Source: Thermoplasmatota archaeon
GTDB taxonomy: Archaea > Thermoplasmatota > Penumbrarchaeia > Penumbrarchaeales > Penumbrarchaeaceae
Assembly (NCBI GenBank): GCA_965234725.1
Contig: CBDDUX010000003.1
Span: 79,047 to 143,046, forward strand
Length of the DNA stretch: 64,000 bases
Reading direction: 5' to 3'
Of the stretch, positions 20,067-29,557 are shown in pieces (position 1 is the stretch's first letter; each line of letters begins with the position of its first letter). Both the position numbers and the translations under genes were made by a program. The notes beneath the pieces were generated by a model. That model worked only from the letters and a program-made list of their open reading frames with translations. It had not been told where the DNA came from and ran no database searches.

Positions 20067-20717
20067 ATGTATGACTTCCGCAGTATGGACATTCCTCACA
20101 CATTCGGTGGCATTTGCTACCAGGAAACAAAAGGGGTATATCCCGTCGAAAGGGATACGCTGATGATCATAGAGGCACTTGAGAGAGAAATTGAAGGCTC
20201 AAAAACGCTTATTGACATGGGATGTGGTACTGGATTGGTCACGCTCTATGCATCCTCCAAGGGCCTATCTACCATTTCTGTCGATAGGGAACCATTGGCA
20301 TTGATCCAATTAAGGAAGAACCTTTGTATCAATGAACTGATCTCAAAAATTTTCCTGTCTGATCTTTATGAGGGTATACCTAGATCCTACCATGGCTTCG
20401 CCGATATCATTACTTTCAATCCACCATATCTTCCGGGAGACCTGAACCACTATGAGAGAAGGTTGGACCTTCCCCTGATCGGGGGAGAAAGAGGTTGGGA
20501 AACCGCATCTCGGTTCCTCCAGGATTCCATTCCCTTTTTATCGGTAAATGGTATGATCATCCTTTTGTGTTATGAGGATTGGTCTATTGATGATCTTGAT
20601 CCACTCGGCAATTTCATTTGTTCCAAAAATCCACTGATCAAACGAGACCTGGATGGTGAGAGGTTATGTGTCCTTTCCTTTCAAATAGCAAAAAAGAATA
20701 TATCAAATATGGAATAG
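20067..20717 (+). CDS. HemK2/MTQ2-like SAM-dependent protein methyltransferase
   Basis: VYP..DT, DMGCGTG, SDL, FNPPYLP, GG..G. Confidence 0.85.
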   Translation: MYDFRSMDIPHTFGGICYQETKGVYPVERDTLMIIEALEREIEGSKTLIDMGCGTGLVTLYASSKGLSTISVDREPLALIQLRKNLCINELISKIFLSDLYEGIPRSYHGFADIITFNPPYLPGDLNHYERRLDLPLIGGERGWETASRFLQDSIPFLSVNGMIILLCYEDWSIDDLDPLGNFICSKNPLIKRDLDGERLCVLSFQIAKKNISNME

Positions 20718-20736
20718 AAGTGGACGGAGACAAATC

Positions 20737-21591
20737 ATGATCGTGATCAAACTTGGAGGTTCATCGATTACCTACAAGAAAGAAGACAGTTTGCCTCCAT
20801 ATCTTCCTAACGAACTGTCCAGGACATATAGGGTGAAGGAAAGGACCATCCATAGAATAGGTTCTCTACTATCTGATTTCAAGGAAGAGAGATTGATCAT
20901 CATCCATGGAGGAGGTACACATGGTCACAGGACGGTCAACAGGTGGAGAATGGGGATCAGGAAAGGTACAGAACAGATGATGGCATGGGAGGTGAAATGG
21001 AGGATGGACCAGCTCACCGGGATAGTGATAAAGACCCTGGGAGAGGAGAAGGTCCCAGTAGTATCAGTTCCAACATCCACTATTACCCTTTCCGATCAAG
21101 GCGAGGTGGTAGGATTATCCTATTCTCCGATAAAATGGATTTTGGAAAGGGGTTCCATTCCTGTTCTGAGGGGGGACATGGTTCCGGATGTGAATGGTGG
21201 ATGGTCAGTTATATCCGGGGATACCCTCATCCAAGAACTTTGTAAAAATGGGAAAGAAGAACTTGAACCGATCTCCAAGGTGGTAATGATCCTGGATGTT
21301 GAAGGTTTTCTTGATCCAGAGAATGGTGAATTGATCAGGGATATCGATAGGATCATCTTCCTATCTAACCGTGAGAAATGGGAAAAGCTTCTTGTAAAGA
21401 ATCCAGGTGATGTCAGTGGAGGTATCTGGGGGAAAGTGAGAACATGTTATGGATCGGCAGCCATGGGAGTTGAAAGTTTCATGATAGGAAGTGAGAACAT
21501 TGAAGGATTGAATGAGATCCTCCATGGCGGCAATGCAGGGACAAGATTCATTCCCTTTCAAGAGCAGGTGCTCAAGGAGGATCGGAAATGA
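20737..21591 (+). CDS. ipk: Isopentenyl phosphate kinase
   Basis: IKLGGSSIT.K, IHGGG..GH, PVLRGD, ISGD, DVSGGI.GK; overlaps the IDI-2 start. Confidence 0.85.
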   Translation: MIVIKLGGSSITYKKEDSLPPYLPNELSRTYRVKERTIHRIGSLLSDFKEERLIIIHGGGTHGHRTVNRWRMGIRKGTEQMMAWEVKWRMDQLTGIVIKTLGEEKVPVVSVPTSTITLSDQGEVVGLSYSPIKWILERGSIPVLRGDMVPDVNGGWSVISGDTLIQELCKNGKEELEPISKVVMILDVEGFLDPENGELIRDIDRIIFLSNREKWEKLLVKNPGDVSGGIWGKVRTCYGSAAMGVESFMIGSENIEGLNEILHGGNAGTRFIPFQEQVLKEDRK

Positions 21592-22649
21592 CAATAGATG
21601 GGAGGAAGGACGATCATATACGTATATGTCTTGAAGAAGATGTACAGGCAACCAGGAATTACTGGGATGATATTATTATCCCACACAGGGCCATACCGTG
21701 CGATGATCTTCAAGAGATAGACCTTTCAACAGAACTATTGGGGCGAAAATTATCTGCTCCATTGGTAATCTCTGCAATGACTGGTGGGACAAAACAAGCA
21801 GAAAGATACAATGGCCTCCTTGCTAGGGTGGCATCAGAATTCGGTATAGGTTTAGGGGTGGGTTCACAACGTGCCGGGATAGAGAAAAAGGAACACAGAC
21901 CAAGTTACGAGATAGTTAGGGATTTCGATATCCCCCTTGTTCTTGGAAACCTCGGAGCGCCTCAGTTCTCCAGTTCCATCAGAGATGGAAGGTATGGTCA
22001 TAAGGATATTGTATCGGCTCTTGAAATGGTCGGAGCACATGGAATCTGCATACACCTGAATTATCTTCAGGAGGTCATCCAGCCTGAAGGAGATTGCTTT
22101 GTTAAGGGGATAAGAGACTCGATCAAAGAACTCTCAGTTGAATTTAAAATAATTGCTAAAGAGACTGGTGCGGGAATTTCTCGTGAGGATGCTCTCTTTT
22201 TAAAAAGATCCGGTATATCCGCAATCGATGTGGGTGGAATGTCAGGGACCACCTTTTCTGGAGTAGAGTCTTACAGGGAGGACCCTACCGGAAGAGCATC
22301 TCGAATGGGTAGGACCTTGTGGAACTGGGGTATTCCAACACCTGTTTCCCTCATAGAAGCCGATGTAGGCCTCCCATTGATAGGAACCGGTGGCCTGAGG
22401 AATGGACTAGATGTGGCAAGAGCTATTTCTTTGGGGGCAACGACAGGGGGAATGGCCTGGACGATCCTGAAAGCGGCTTCTAAGGGGTATGAAAGCTTGA
22501 AAGCTGAGATCTCTTCGATCATCGAGGAGATTAGGGCAGTGATGTTCCTATCGGGTGTATCGAATGTGAGTGAGCTGAAAAGAATAGAACCTTGGATCAT
22601 TGGACCAACCGGGCGTATATTGGATCAAATACGTGCAAATGGACGATAA
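21588..22649 (+). CDS. fni: Type 2 isopentenyl-diphosphate delta-isomerase
   Basis: RKDDHI, ISAMTGG, GVGSQR, NLGA.Q, HLN.LQE.IQPEGD, KETG.G, WGIPT. Confidence 0.96.
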   Translation: MTIDGRKDDHIRICLEEDVQATRNYWDDIIIPHRAIPCDDLQEIDLSTELLGRKLSAPLVISAMTGGTKQAERYNGLLARVASEFGIGLGVGSQRAGIEKKEHRPSYEIVRDFDIPLVLGNLGAPQFSSSIRDGRYGHKDIVSALEMVGAHGICIHLNYLQEVIQPEGDCFVKGIRDSIKELSVEFKIIAKETGAGISREDALFLKRSGISAIDVGGMSGTTFSGVESYREDPTGRASRMGRTLWNWGIPTPVSLIEADVGLPLIGTGGLRNGLDVARAISLGATTGGMAWTILKAASKGYESLKAEISSIIEEIRAVMFLSGVSNVSELKRIEPWIIGPTGRILDQIRANGR

Positions 22650-22679
22650 TATCACTTTATGATAACTTTGGATTATCAG

Positions 22680-22697
22680 CGAAATCTTTAATATAAA
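22680..22697 (+). promoter_or_regulatory. BRE-TATA promoter of the DnaA-like gene
   Basis: CGAAATCTTTAATATAAA; spacing favours ATG 22766 over 22706. Confidence 0.5.
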
Positions 22698-22765
22698 ACC
22701 AGGGAATGGTTCAATTCAGAGAAGCTATTGTTCCGAATACCGGACGGTCAGGCAAGGGATATATT

Positions 22766-24022
22766 ATGGGTATTATAGACTGGATCAGGGGAAGAAGGAA
22801 GAAACCTTCATCCGGATTACCCAGAGGTAAAGGTCCAGCTGTAGAAAGGAAACGGGGTAGAAAGGAGGAAATGGAACCCATTTTGGAAGAGCTGGAGATC
22901 GAAAGGATCCGCAACAGAGAACAGGAGAACAGGATACAAGAAATGGAACAGAGATTCAACTCTCTTCAATCAAGATGGGCCTCCATGTTGGAACATCAGC
23001 AGACCACTATGATCAAATTGATAGAAAAGGGAGATGAAGAGGCAGATCCTGAAGGTGTCGTTTCATCAGGAAAAAAGAGAAAAGGAAAGTCCTCCCAGAA
23101 AAAGGGAAGTTCTTCATCCATCTCCCGTTTTTCATCCCCTGTCCTTCCAGAAAAGAAGTTCGAGAATTTCGTGGTCGACGATTCAAACAGATTCCCCTAT
23201 CTTGCTTCGGAAGCTGTTGCTATTGGAAAAGGAAGAAAGTACAATCCTCTTTTCATTTTCGGACCGGTGGGAGTTGGAAAAACACATTTACTGCATTCTA
23301 TCGCCAACAGGATGCGTGAAAATAACGGCGACCTTAAGATACTCTATTCATCTACAGAAAGGTTCACTGATGAATTGATAAGGTACCTTGATTCCGATGA
23401 TATCAGGGGATTTAGGAATCTTTACCAGGAGGTCGATGTTCTCCTTGTCGATGATATTCAGATGTTATCAGGCAGAGAGGCGACCCAGAAGGAATTCTTT
23501 CACATGTTCAATTACCTATACAACTCCGGAAAACAGATCGTCCTTTGCTCTGACAGGCCTCCAAGCGATATCAAGGAGCTTGAAACCAGGCTCAGGTCAA
23601 GGTTCGAGGGAGGTCTGATAATCGACATCCAGGTTCCCACTTTCGAGGGAAGGAAGCAGATCCTCCTAAATCTATCTCAGATGGAAGGTTTCTCTATTTC
23701 ATCGGAGGTTCTGGATTATCTATCATTCTACCTTGATTCCTCAGTAAGGGAGCTGGAAGGTGGGTTCAACAGAGTGACAGCCTATGCTTCCCTAATGAAG
23801 GAACCAATTACGGTTAACCTGGTCAGGAAAGTATTGGAAGGGTCGCTACAGAGAAGGGAATCTGTTCGGAAGGAAGATGAAGCTCAAAAGGAAGACCACC
23901 GCAGGTATGCTGAAAGTGAAACACATCAGGAAGAAGGCCCATACGATGATCTAGACCTTGAGGAAGAGACCGATATGATCGAGGAGGAACTCCTTCAGGA
24001 ACTGAGGAAAAAACCCCAATGA
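22766..24022 (+). CDS. DnaA/Hda-family AAA+ ATPase (DnaA domain III) with N-terminal coiled coil, lacking domain IV
   Basis: FENFVV..SN, YNPLFIFGPVGVGKTHLL, DVLLVDDIQ, TQKEFFH.FN, SDRPP, RLRSRF.GGL, VRELEG; acidic tail in place of the DNA-binding domain. Confidence 0.9.
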   Translation: MGIIDWIRGRRKKPSSGLPRGKGPAVERKRGRKEEMEPILEELEIERIRNREQENRIQEMEQRFNSLQSRWASMLEHQQTTMIKLIEKGDEEADPEGVVSSGKKRKGKSSQKKGSSSSISRFSSPVLPEKKFENFVVDDSNRFPYLASEAVAIGKGRKYNPLFIFGPVGVGKTHLLHSIANRMRENNGDLKILYSSTERFTDELIRYLDSDDIRGFRNLYQEVDVLLVDDIQMLSGREATQKEFFHMFNYLYNSGKQIVLCSDRPPSDIKELETRLRSRFEGGLIIDIQVPTFEGRKQILLNLSQMEGFSISSEVLDYLSFYLDSSVRELEGGFNRVTAYASLMKEPITVNLVRKVLEGSLQRRESVRKEDEAQKEDHRRYAESETHQEEGPYDDLDLEEETDMIEEELLQELRKKPQ

Positions 24023-24094
24023 TGCATCAATAAAAGAATATCCAACAGATAAGTTATATATTATCAGATTTAGTTAAGGTTACAGGTGGGATAA

Positions 24095-24766
24095 ATGGAC
24101 CGAGTAGGGGAAATCGAAAGAAGTGGCTTTGATGAATACCCGAGGACCGAGATGTACTTGCCAAAAAGGATTGGTTCTTACCTTCTCGATCTGGCAGTAT
24201 CAAGCTTCATCGTGATAATGATTTTCTATTTTGCAGGTGGCGACCTGGAAGACCCATGGACCTGGTTGATCATAATTGGAATATCAGGAATAACTTCCAT
24301 ACTCCTCAAGGCCGTATTGGAGACAGCGACGAGTAGGTCCATAGGCAAGGCAGTATTTGGATTGAAGGTGATCTCCCTATATGGAGAGATCGGTTTCGGG
24401 CAGATCATTACAAGGAATATTTTCGCGGTCATTCCGATAATAGGGCCATTCGTTGACTTCATATTCGGAAAGGGATCAGCGGAAGATGACAGACAGAAGC
24501 TTATGGACATCCAGTCTGGAACACTTGTTGTGGAGGATCTGGCAATTCCTGTGGAAGAACCCAGAGTAAGGGTGTACAGGGAACCTGTCAAGATGGAACC
24601 CAAGGAGAAGATGAAGCTCGATTTTAGGTCAATCAGGGTAGGTCATTGCCCTAGATGCGGAGCTCCTTACAGGATCACACCTCCAAATGACACCTCATTT
24701 TCCGGTCTCTGGAATCACAGGTGCACATGGTGCAATCATCTTATTACCATGGATGATAATGAATAA
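24095..24766 (+). CDS. RDD-family membrane protein with C-terminal Zn ribbon
   Basis: KRIGSYLLD, SIGK.VFGLKV, TRN, Q.L.D...GT.VV; CPRC...CTWC. Confidence 0.85.
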   Translation: MDRVGEIERSGFDEYPRTEMYLPKRIGSYLLDLAVSSFIVIMIFYFAGGDLEDPWTWLIIIGISGITSILLKAVLETATSRSIGKAVFGLKVISLYGEIGFGQIITRNIFAVIPIIGPFVDFIFGKGSAEDDRQKLMDIQSGTLVVEDLAIPVEEPRVRVYREPVKMEPKEKMKLDFRSIRVGHCPRCGAPYRITPPNDTSFSGLWNHRCTWCNHLITMDDNE

Positions 24767-24805
24767 GGGGTATGATTATAACAAGATCAAGCATATGGTT
24801 GATCG

Positions 24806-25762
24806 ATGCCTATATCATGCGACAGGTGCAAGCTACCATCCATAATATTCATAAGGTATTCTGGCCAGCATCTTTGTTCCATCCATTTTCTTGATCTAAT
24901 AAGACGCAGGGTCAAAAAAGAGATGAGATCCCAGAAGGTCTTCAAAAAGGGAAGAAAGGTGGGAATTGCAGTTTCCGGTGGTAAGGATAGCCTACTTTTA
25001 TTGAAATTGGTCAATGAGGTCTCTTCAAAATTAAAAGCACCTCCCCCAGTGGCCATAACGATCGATGAAGGGATAGCCGGTTATAGGCCATCTTCTTTGG
25101 ATCTTGTAAGGAAAGTAGTGGAAGAATCTGAGGTCGAATTGAAGATCATTTCCTTCAAGGACCTCTACGGGAAGACCATGGACGAGCTGGTGATCTCCAG
25201 TGGAATGGGACCATGTTCCATATGTGGGATACTAAGAAGAAAGGCCCTCAACCAGGGTGCTGTAGAGACTGGAAGCGGTATTCTCCTTACAGGTCATAAT
25301 CTGGATGATACGGCACAGACAATTTTAATGAATGTACTGCAGGCTGATGTGAATCGTCTCGCCCGTCTTGGGCCCCACCTTGATCCAATAGATGGATTCA
25401 TTCCAAGAGCAATGCCTTTAAGGACCACACCGGAGACTGAGACATATCTTTCGGCTGTCCTTCTTGGTCTACCGATACATGGGCTGGAGTGCCCATACTC
25501 CGGATCAGCAAAAAGGGGCCATTACAGGGATATGATCCTTAAGTTGGAAGAGGAGACACCAGGGACCAGACATTCTCTACTTCGATTCTATGATCAAGTG
25601 GCACCCTTGATCCCCAGATCAAAACCCATTACGATCCCATGTATGGGATGCGGAGAACCCGTAATAGAAAATGAACGAAAAACATTATGCCGATCCTGTT
25701 CAATAATGAATGAAATTAGAAAGGACAATGACAGGAGAAGATCTAAGGGGGTAATAAAATGA
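24806..25762 (+). CDS. tRNA 2-thiolation PP-loop ATPase (TtuA/Ncs6 family)
   Basis: CDRC, SGGKDS, IDEGI.GYR, CSICGILRR, TGHNLDD, CPY, C-terminal CxxC pairs. Confidence 0.92.
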   Translation: MPISCDRCKLPSIIFIRYSGQHLCSIHFLDLIRRRVKKEMRSQKVFKKGRKVGIAVSGGKDSLLLLKLVNEVSSKLKAPPPVAITIDEGIAGYRPSSLDLVRKVVEESEVELKIISFKDLYGKTMDELVISSGMGPCSICGILRRKALNQGAVETGSGILLTGHNLDDTAQTILMNVLQADVNRLARLGPHLDPIDGFIPRAMPLRTTPETETYLSAVLLGLPIHGLECPYSGSAKRGHYRDMILKLEEETPGTRHSLLRFYDQVAPLIPRSKPITIPCMGCGEPVIENERKTLCRSCSIMNEIRKDNDRRRSKGVIK

Positions 25763-26388
25763 AAAGAAAGAGGTTGGAGATGATACTTTCCGATCTTCCC
25801 CATATGATGGAACCAAGACCAGACCTTGAACAATACAGGACCCCATCTCCCATGGTATGTGACATTCTCTATGAAGCGCTAGGACGTGGAGATATCGAGG
25901 ATAAAAAGGTTTGTGAGCTTGGCTGTGGGGGGGCTCCCTTCGCAATAGGTTCATGGATACTTGGTGCGAAGGAGGTTCTGGGCATTGATGTCGATGATAA
26001 AGCCCTTGGTCTTGCCAAAACGAACGTTGAAAAAGCCAGATCCAGTTTGAAGGATGTCCCACATGCACCTTTCGAGTTCATGCTCCATGATCTAAAGGAG
26101 AAGATACCTCTTTCACCCAGGTTCGATACTGTGATGATGAATCCACCTTTTGGAGCACAGAACAGACATGCTGATCGTCCATTTATTGAAAGAGCCCTGG
26201 AGATCTCACACGTTTGCTATTCCATCCATAACGGCAACTCCTATGTTTTCTTGAAAAGCATCTCAAAAGCATTAAAAGCCGATATGGAGGTCCTGTGGGA
26301 GGATTCTCTCGAGATACCGGCAATGTTCCACTTTCATACAAAAGAAAGAACATCTGTAGGTGTTGTGATTGTGAGGTTCTCAAAATGA
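25759..26388 (+). CDS. METTL5-like RNA methyltransferase
   Basis: LEQY.TP, ELGCG.G, MNPPFG.Q..HAD..F, YSIH, F.FH. Confidence 0.9.
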   Translation: MKRKRLEMILSDLPHMMEPRPDLEQYRTPSPMVCDILYEALGRGDIEDKKVCELGCGGAPFAIGSWILGAKEVLGIDVDDKALGLAKTNVEKARSSLKDVPHAPFEFMLHDLKEKIPLSPRFDTVMMNPPFGAQNRHADRPFIERALEISHVCYSIHNGNSYVFLKSISKALKADMEVLWEDSLEIPAMFHFHTKERTSVGVVIVRFSK

Positions 26389-27786
26389 TCAATCAAGCAT
26401 GTTGAAGTCCTCGTAAATGATATTCCGGTTATGGATACCCAGACCCTTGAATCCTTTGGAAAGTCCGTACATCATACCGGGAGGACCGCACATGAAGATA
26501 GCCCTATTCAGGAGTACTTCCTTACCACCTATGATATCAACGATATCGGACGCTGTTATCCTGCCTTTTTCAGAAGTGAACCAATGAATGTAATCGAACT
26601 GCTCATTCCGTTTTGCTTCCACGAAGAGCTCACTATCATGGAATGCATCTTTTCTGTTCTTGATCACCCATATAAGATGGATCCTTCTTCCGGTTGATGA
26701 TATGGTTTCATGTTTTGCAAGGGAAAGGAATGGAGTAATACCTATACCTCCCGCTATCCAGATCATGTCCCTACTGTGTCGTAGATATTTCTCTCCGAAC
26801 TTTCCATATGGCCCCATCACAACCGCTTCATCTCCTTTCTGAAGAGCTGGAACCTTATTCCTTGTATAATCTCCACCTCTCCTTATGGAAAGCCTGATCA
26901 CTTCTCCTCTGGGTTCGCTTGAGATGGAAAATGGAAAAAGCTCCTTGTATCCTTCAAACCTGGGGAATCTTATGAACAGATACTGACCAGGTTGGAAGTG
27001 GAATCCATCTGGTTTGTAAAAATAAATTTCAGTGATGTCCTTTAAGTGCTCCACCCTGTCCAAAGTAACATTGAATTTGGGGCCCACTATCTTGTAGAAA
27101 AATAGCATGTAGAGCCACGATACCATTCCCCATGTACAAATGAAAATTACCCAGAATCTGAGGGCAGAATATTGAGCAAGGTCAGAACCGGAAGATACCG
27201 CATGAAAACCAGAGAGCAAGAGTACTATACCAAGGAACTTATGGCTATTATGCCACCAGTGATATGGGATATTGATCGCTACGGTCAATGTTATCAACAC
27301 CAAGAAAAGATATACTGCTATAATACCGGCCGAGACATCGATTCCACCAACTGGAACAATTAATTCCATTATTTCATTGAGATCGGGTACCTTTGATATC
27401 ATCAGGAACATTGGATGGAGCAGGATGAAAAGAAGGGAGGACCTCCCCACCACTTTATGGACCCTGTACATTCTGTCCAGACCATGGAACATGTCCTCAA
27501 GGAATTTGAACCGGGCACTAAGAACAAAGTTCAAGGACAGAGTGGATATGGCCATGAATGCATTGAACTTGGCAAGTGCGATCAGGGGATTATTCACCGA
27601 ATCAGGATCGTAACTCAACCAGATGAGAATAGGTGAGAGAATGAGGATCATGATCAGAAGGGAACCAGGACTTACAACCTGTGTTCTCTTTAAACCATCG
27701 AACATCTCCAGGGGAAGGAATCCTTTGATCCAACCTTTTTTTAGAAGGTTATTTTTATTAGTTCTTTCACCATTGTTTTTTATCAT
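26389..27786 (-). CDS. Ferric reductase-like transmembrane domain + ferredoxin-NADP reductase (FAD/NAD-binding) domain protein
   Basis: GLDRMYRVHK, LLHP, W...HK, FHA (heme His); FQPGQY, PFSIS, GPYG.F, IAGGIGITPF, CGPP.M, EDF. Confidence 0.88.
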   Translation of the reverse strand: MIKNNGERTNKNNLLKKGWIKGFLPLEMFDGLKRTQVVSPGSLLIMILILSPILIWLSYDPDSVNNPLIALAKFNAFMAISTLSLNFVLSARFKFLEDMFHGLDRMYRVHKVVGRSSLLFILLHPMFLMISKVPDLNEIMELIVPVGGIDVSAGIIAVYLFLVLITLTVAINIPYHWWHNSHKFLGIVLLLSGFHAVSSGSDLAQYSALRFWVIFICTWGMVSWLYMLFFYKIVGPKFNVTLDRVEHLKDITEIYFYKPDGFHFQPGQYLFIRFPRFEGYKELFPFSISSEPRGEVIRLSIRRGGDYTRNKVPALQKGDEAVVMGPYGKFGEKYLRHSRDMIWIAGGIGITPFLSLAKHETISSTGRRIHLIWVIKNRKDAFHDSELFVEAKRNEQFDYIHWFTSEKGRITASDIVDIIGGKEVLLNRAIFMCGPPGMMYGLSKGFKGLGIHNRNIIYEDFNMLD

Positions 27787-27842
27787 CGCTCTTGTATCAA
27801 TTGAATTAATTTAAAACTTTCATGGATGATGTCTAGCATTCT

Positions 27843-28316
27843 TCAGATCTTTGAAAGGTAACTGTGTTTTTTTCCCATCCTTCTTTTAATGAATTCCTTG
27901 TGTTCCATCATTTTGATCCTCTTTCCCTTCAATACACTTGGAAGATCGTTGATCTTTATACCTTCCTCTGTCTCAGATCTATTGATGTGCACAGGGTCTC
28001 CATGTTTCATTATGAGGATCGTATCAGGTCCATGGGGGACATAGAAGGAGATCTCTTTAAAATAGATACGTCTGTCCACAATGGTCCAGATCGGAAATCT
28101 GCGCGATCTGACAGTTATATGATCATTGCATACGACAACCCTATCTCCCAGGAAGGACCATATCACCAAATAGAGTATGGATGCCATTCCCACCAATGCC
28201 AGAGCTATACCATCAACTATCAGATTAAGGGGATAATGTAGGACCACACCAAAGACCATGATCATGATAAGAAAAATGGCAACTACCGAAAGGGAGATAG
28301 CCCTGGTCCTTTCCAT
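27843..28316 (-). CDS. Hypothetical membrane protein (2 TM + PH-like beta domain)
   Basis: 157-aa ORF with two hydrophobic helices; TATA-like element about 25 nt upstream. Confidence 0.65.
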   Translation of the reverse strand: MERTRAISLSVVAIFLIMIMVFGVVLHYPLNLIVDGIALALVGMASILYLVIWSFLGDRVVVCNDHITVRSRRFPIWTIVDRRIYFKEISFYVPHGPDTILIMKHGDPVHINRSETEEGIKINDLPSVLKGKRIKMMEHKEFIKRRMGKKHSYLSKI

Positions 28317-28371
28317 ATAACGGAATGATCCGGGACCGCTATATGTTTTTCCCGTATCTATCCCTTAATGT

Positions 28372-28671
28372 ATGAAAATTCATGAAAGCGGGTTGTAATC
28401 CTTTTTCATACACCCGCAAAGCAGTGTCTATAATTGACGATCTGTTATGCTGGGTTTCGAAGTCACATAACTTATGTGATTGGCGAGACCTTGAAATTGC
28501 TGAACCCTATCCAATCTCTCTGAATTTCAAGGCATGCACAATAGTGCTTTCAATTGACGCTCTATTGTTGCTATGGATCGAAATTCCGCATCATATCGAA
28601 TTGACGAAAGGAATTTACGAGCTCCTTTGAAAAAGGAGTGACTTACGAAAAAACCCGCTTATCATTTTCAT
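28372..28671. ncRNA. Candidate structured non-coding RNA or MITE-like element
   Basis: Terminal complementarity (ATGAAAAT/ATTTTCAT; AAGCGGGTT/AACCCGCTT), at least five internal hairpins, three AATTGACG motifs. Confidence 0.55.
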
Positions 28672-28711
28672 CCTATGTTGTGAGCATTTGACTCATGAGG
28701 GTTTTTAGTAT

Positions 28712-29443
28712 CTATGACATGATCTCCATCATGAATGCGTGGCCCTCTTCTCCATTTACCTTCAAGGTGACGATCCTCGAACCTTTTTCGGAACCAGTGT
28801 AGATCTCGACGATATTTCCAACGAAGACCTCTGACCTATAGCTGAGGAGTAGATCTGCGGATCTGTTGATCCCCCTACTATTCAATGAGAGTCCATCGAA
28901 ACTCCATCTGACATATTCTGTGTTGTTTACATGCCCATTCATGTCTATGGAACTTTCACAGACCTTGATCGTATCCACTAATTCCAAATTTGAAGGGGAA
29001 TTCTTTCTGGATATAGTGTCGAAATTCCTTCTGCCCTTGGAAGGAAAATTAAAATCAAGGTCCTCTGTTCTTATCGGTCTCTTATTCTTTATATCTAGGA
29101 CCATCCAAACCGATGTTGCCTTTAGTATTTCCTGATCATTCCTGTCAGTCAATGTGAATTCCCTGTAAGCTCTCAGATCATCAAATCCGGAAGGGATCGT
29201 GAAGAGAGTGCAGTTTTCGTTCCAGAGAGGCGATCGGTCCACTTTCATTCGAATATCAACAAGGACCCAGATCCGGCCGTTCTTGATCATCCAACCCATT
29301 CCCAATCCCATTTTCTCCGCATGATCTGAGGCAATTTCCTGCAGATGCTTCATGAGATCATGGATCCGCATCCTTCCATCAGGACCACATTCATAGGTTC
29401 TTGGTATAAGGTCACGTTCAAGGGCAGCTATCATGGTCATCAT
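28712..29443 (-). CDS. Acyl-ACP thioesterase family (double hotdog) protein
   Basis: R.YE..P.G, LQE.A..H, W+L, IDMNGHVNN.EY..W. Confidence 0.88.
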   Translation of the reverse strand: MMTMIAALERDLIPRTYECGPDGRMRIHDLMKHLQEIASDHAEKMGLGMGWMIKNGRIWVLVDIRMKVDRSPLWNENCTLFTIPSGFDDLRAYREFTLTDRNDQEILKATSVWMVLDIKNKRPIRTEDLDFNFPSKGRRNFDTISRKNSPSNLELVDTIKVCESSIDMNGHVNNTEYVRWSFDGLSLNSRGINRSADLLLSYRSEVFVGNIVEIYTGSEKGSRIVTLKVNGEEGHAFMMEIMS

Positions 29444-29557
29444 TCCTTTATACTCGGAAAATGAATATAATGATAGCATCCAACCATATTAATCGATGTG
29501 TGAGACATGGTAATGTTAAATAACCGCTATGGCTTTCAGGACGCTGGGTGGATGTTA

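Noticed and set aside
28410-28460. c-di-GMP-I-like riboswitch (CGCAAAGC...GTCTA)
   Set aside because: The upstream GAAA-capped stem and P1 consensus are not evident; the resemblance is too partial without a covariance search
28382-28630. 82-aa ORF over the structured element
   Set aside because: No recognisable motif or SD; dense hairpins explain the sequence better
28372-28671. SRP RNA or RNase P RNA, suggested by the ~300-nt size
   Set aside because: No helix-8 SRP motif or RNase P P4 consensus seen on either strand
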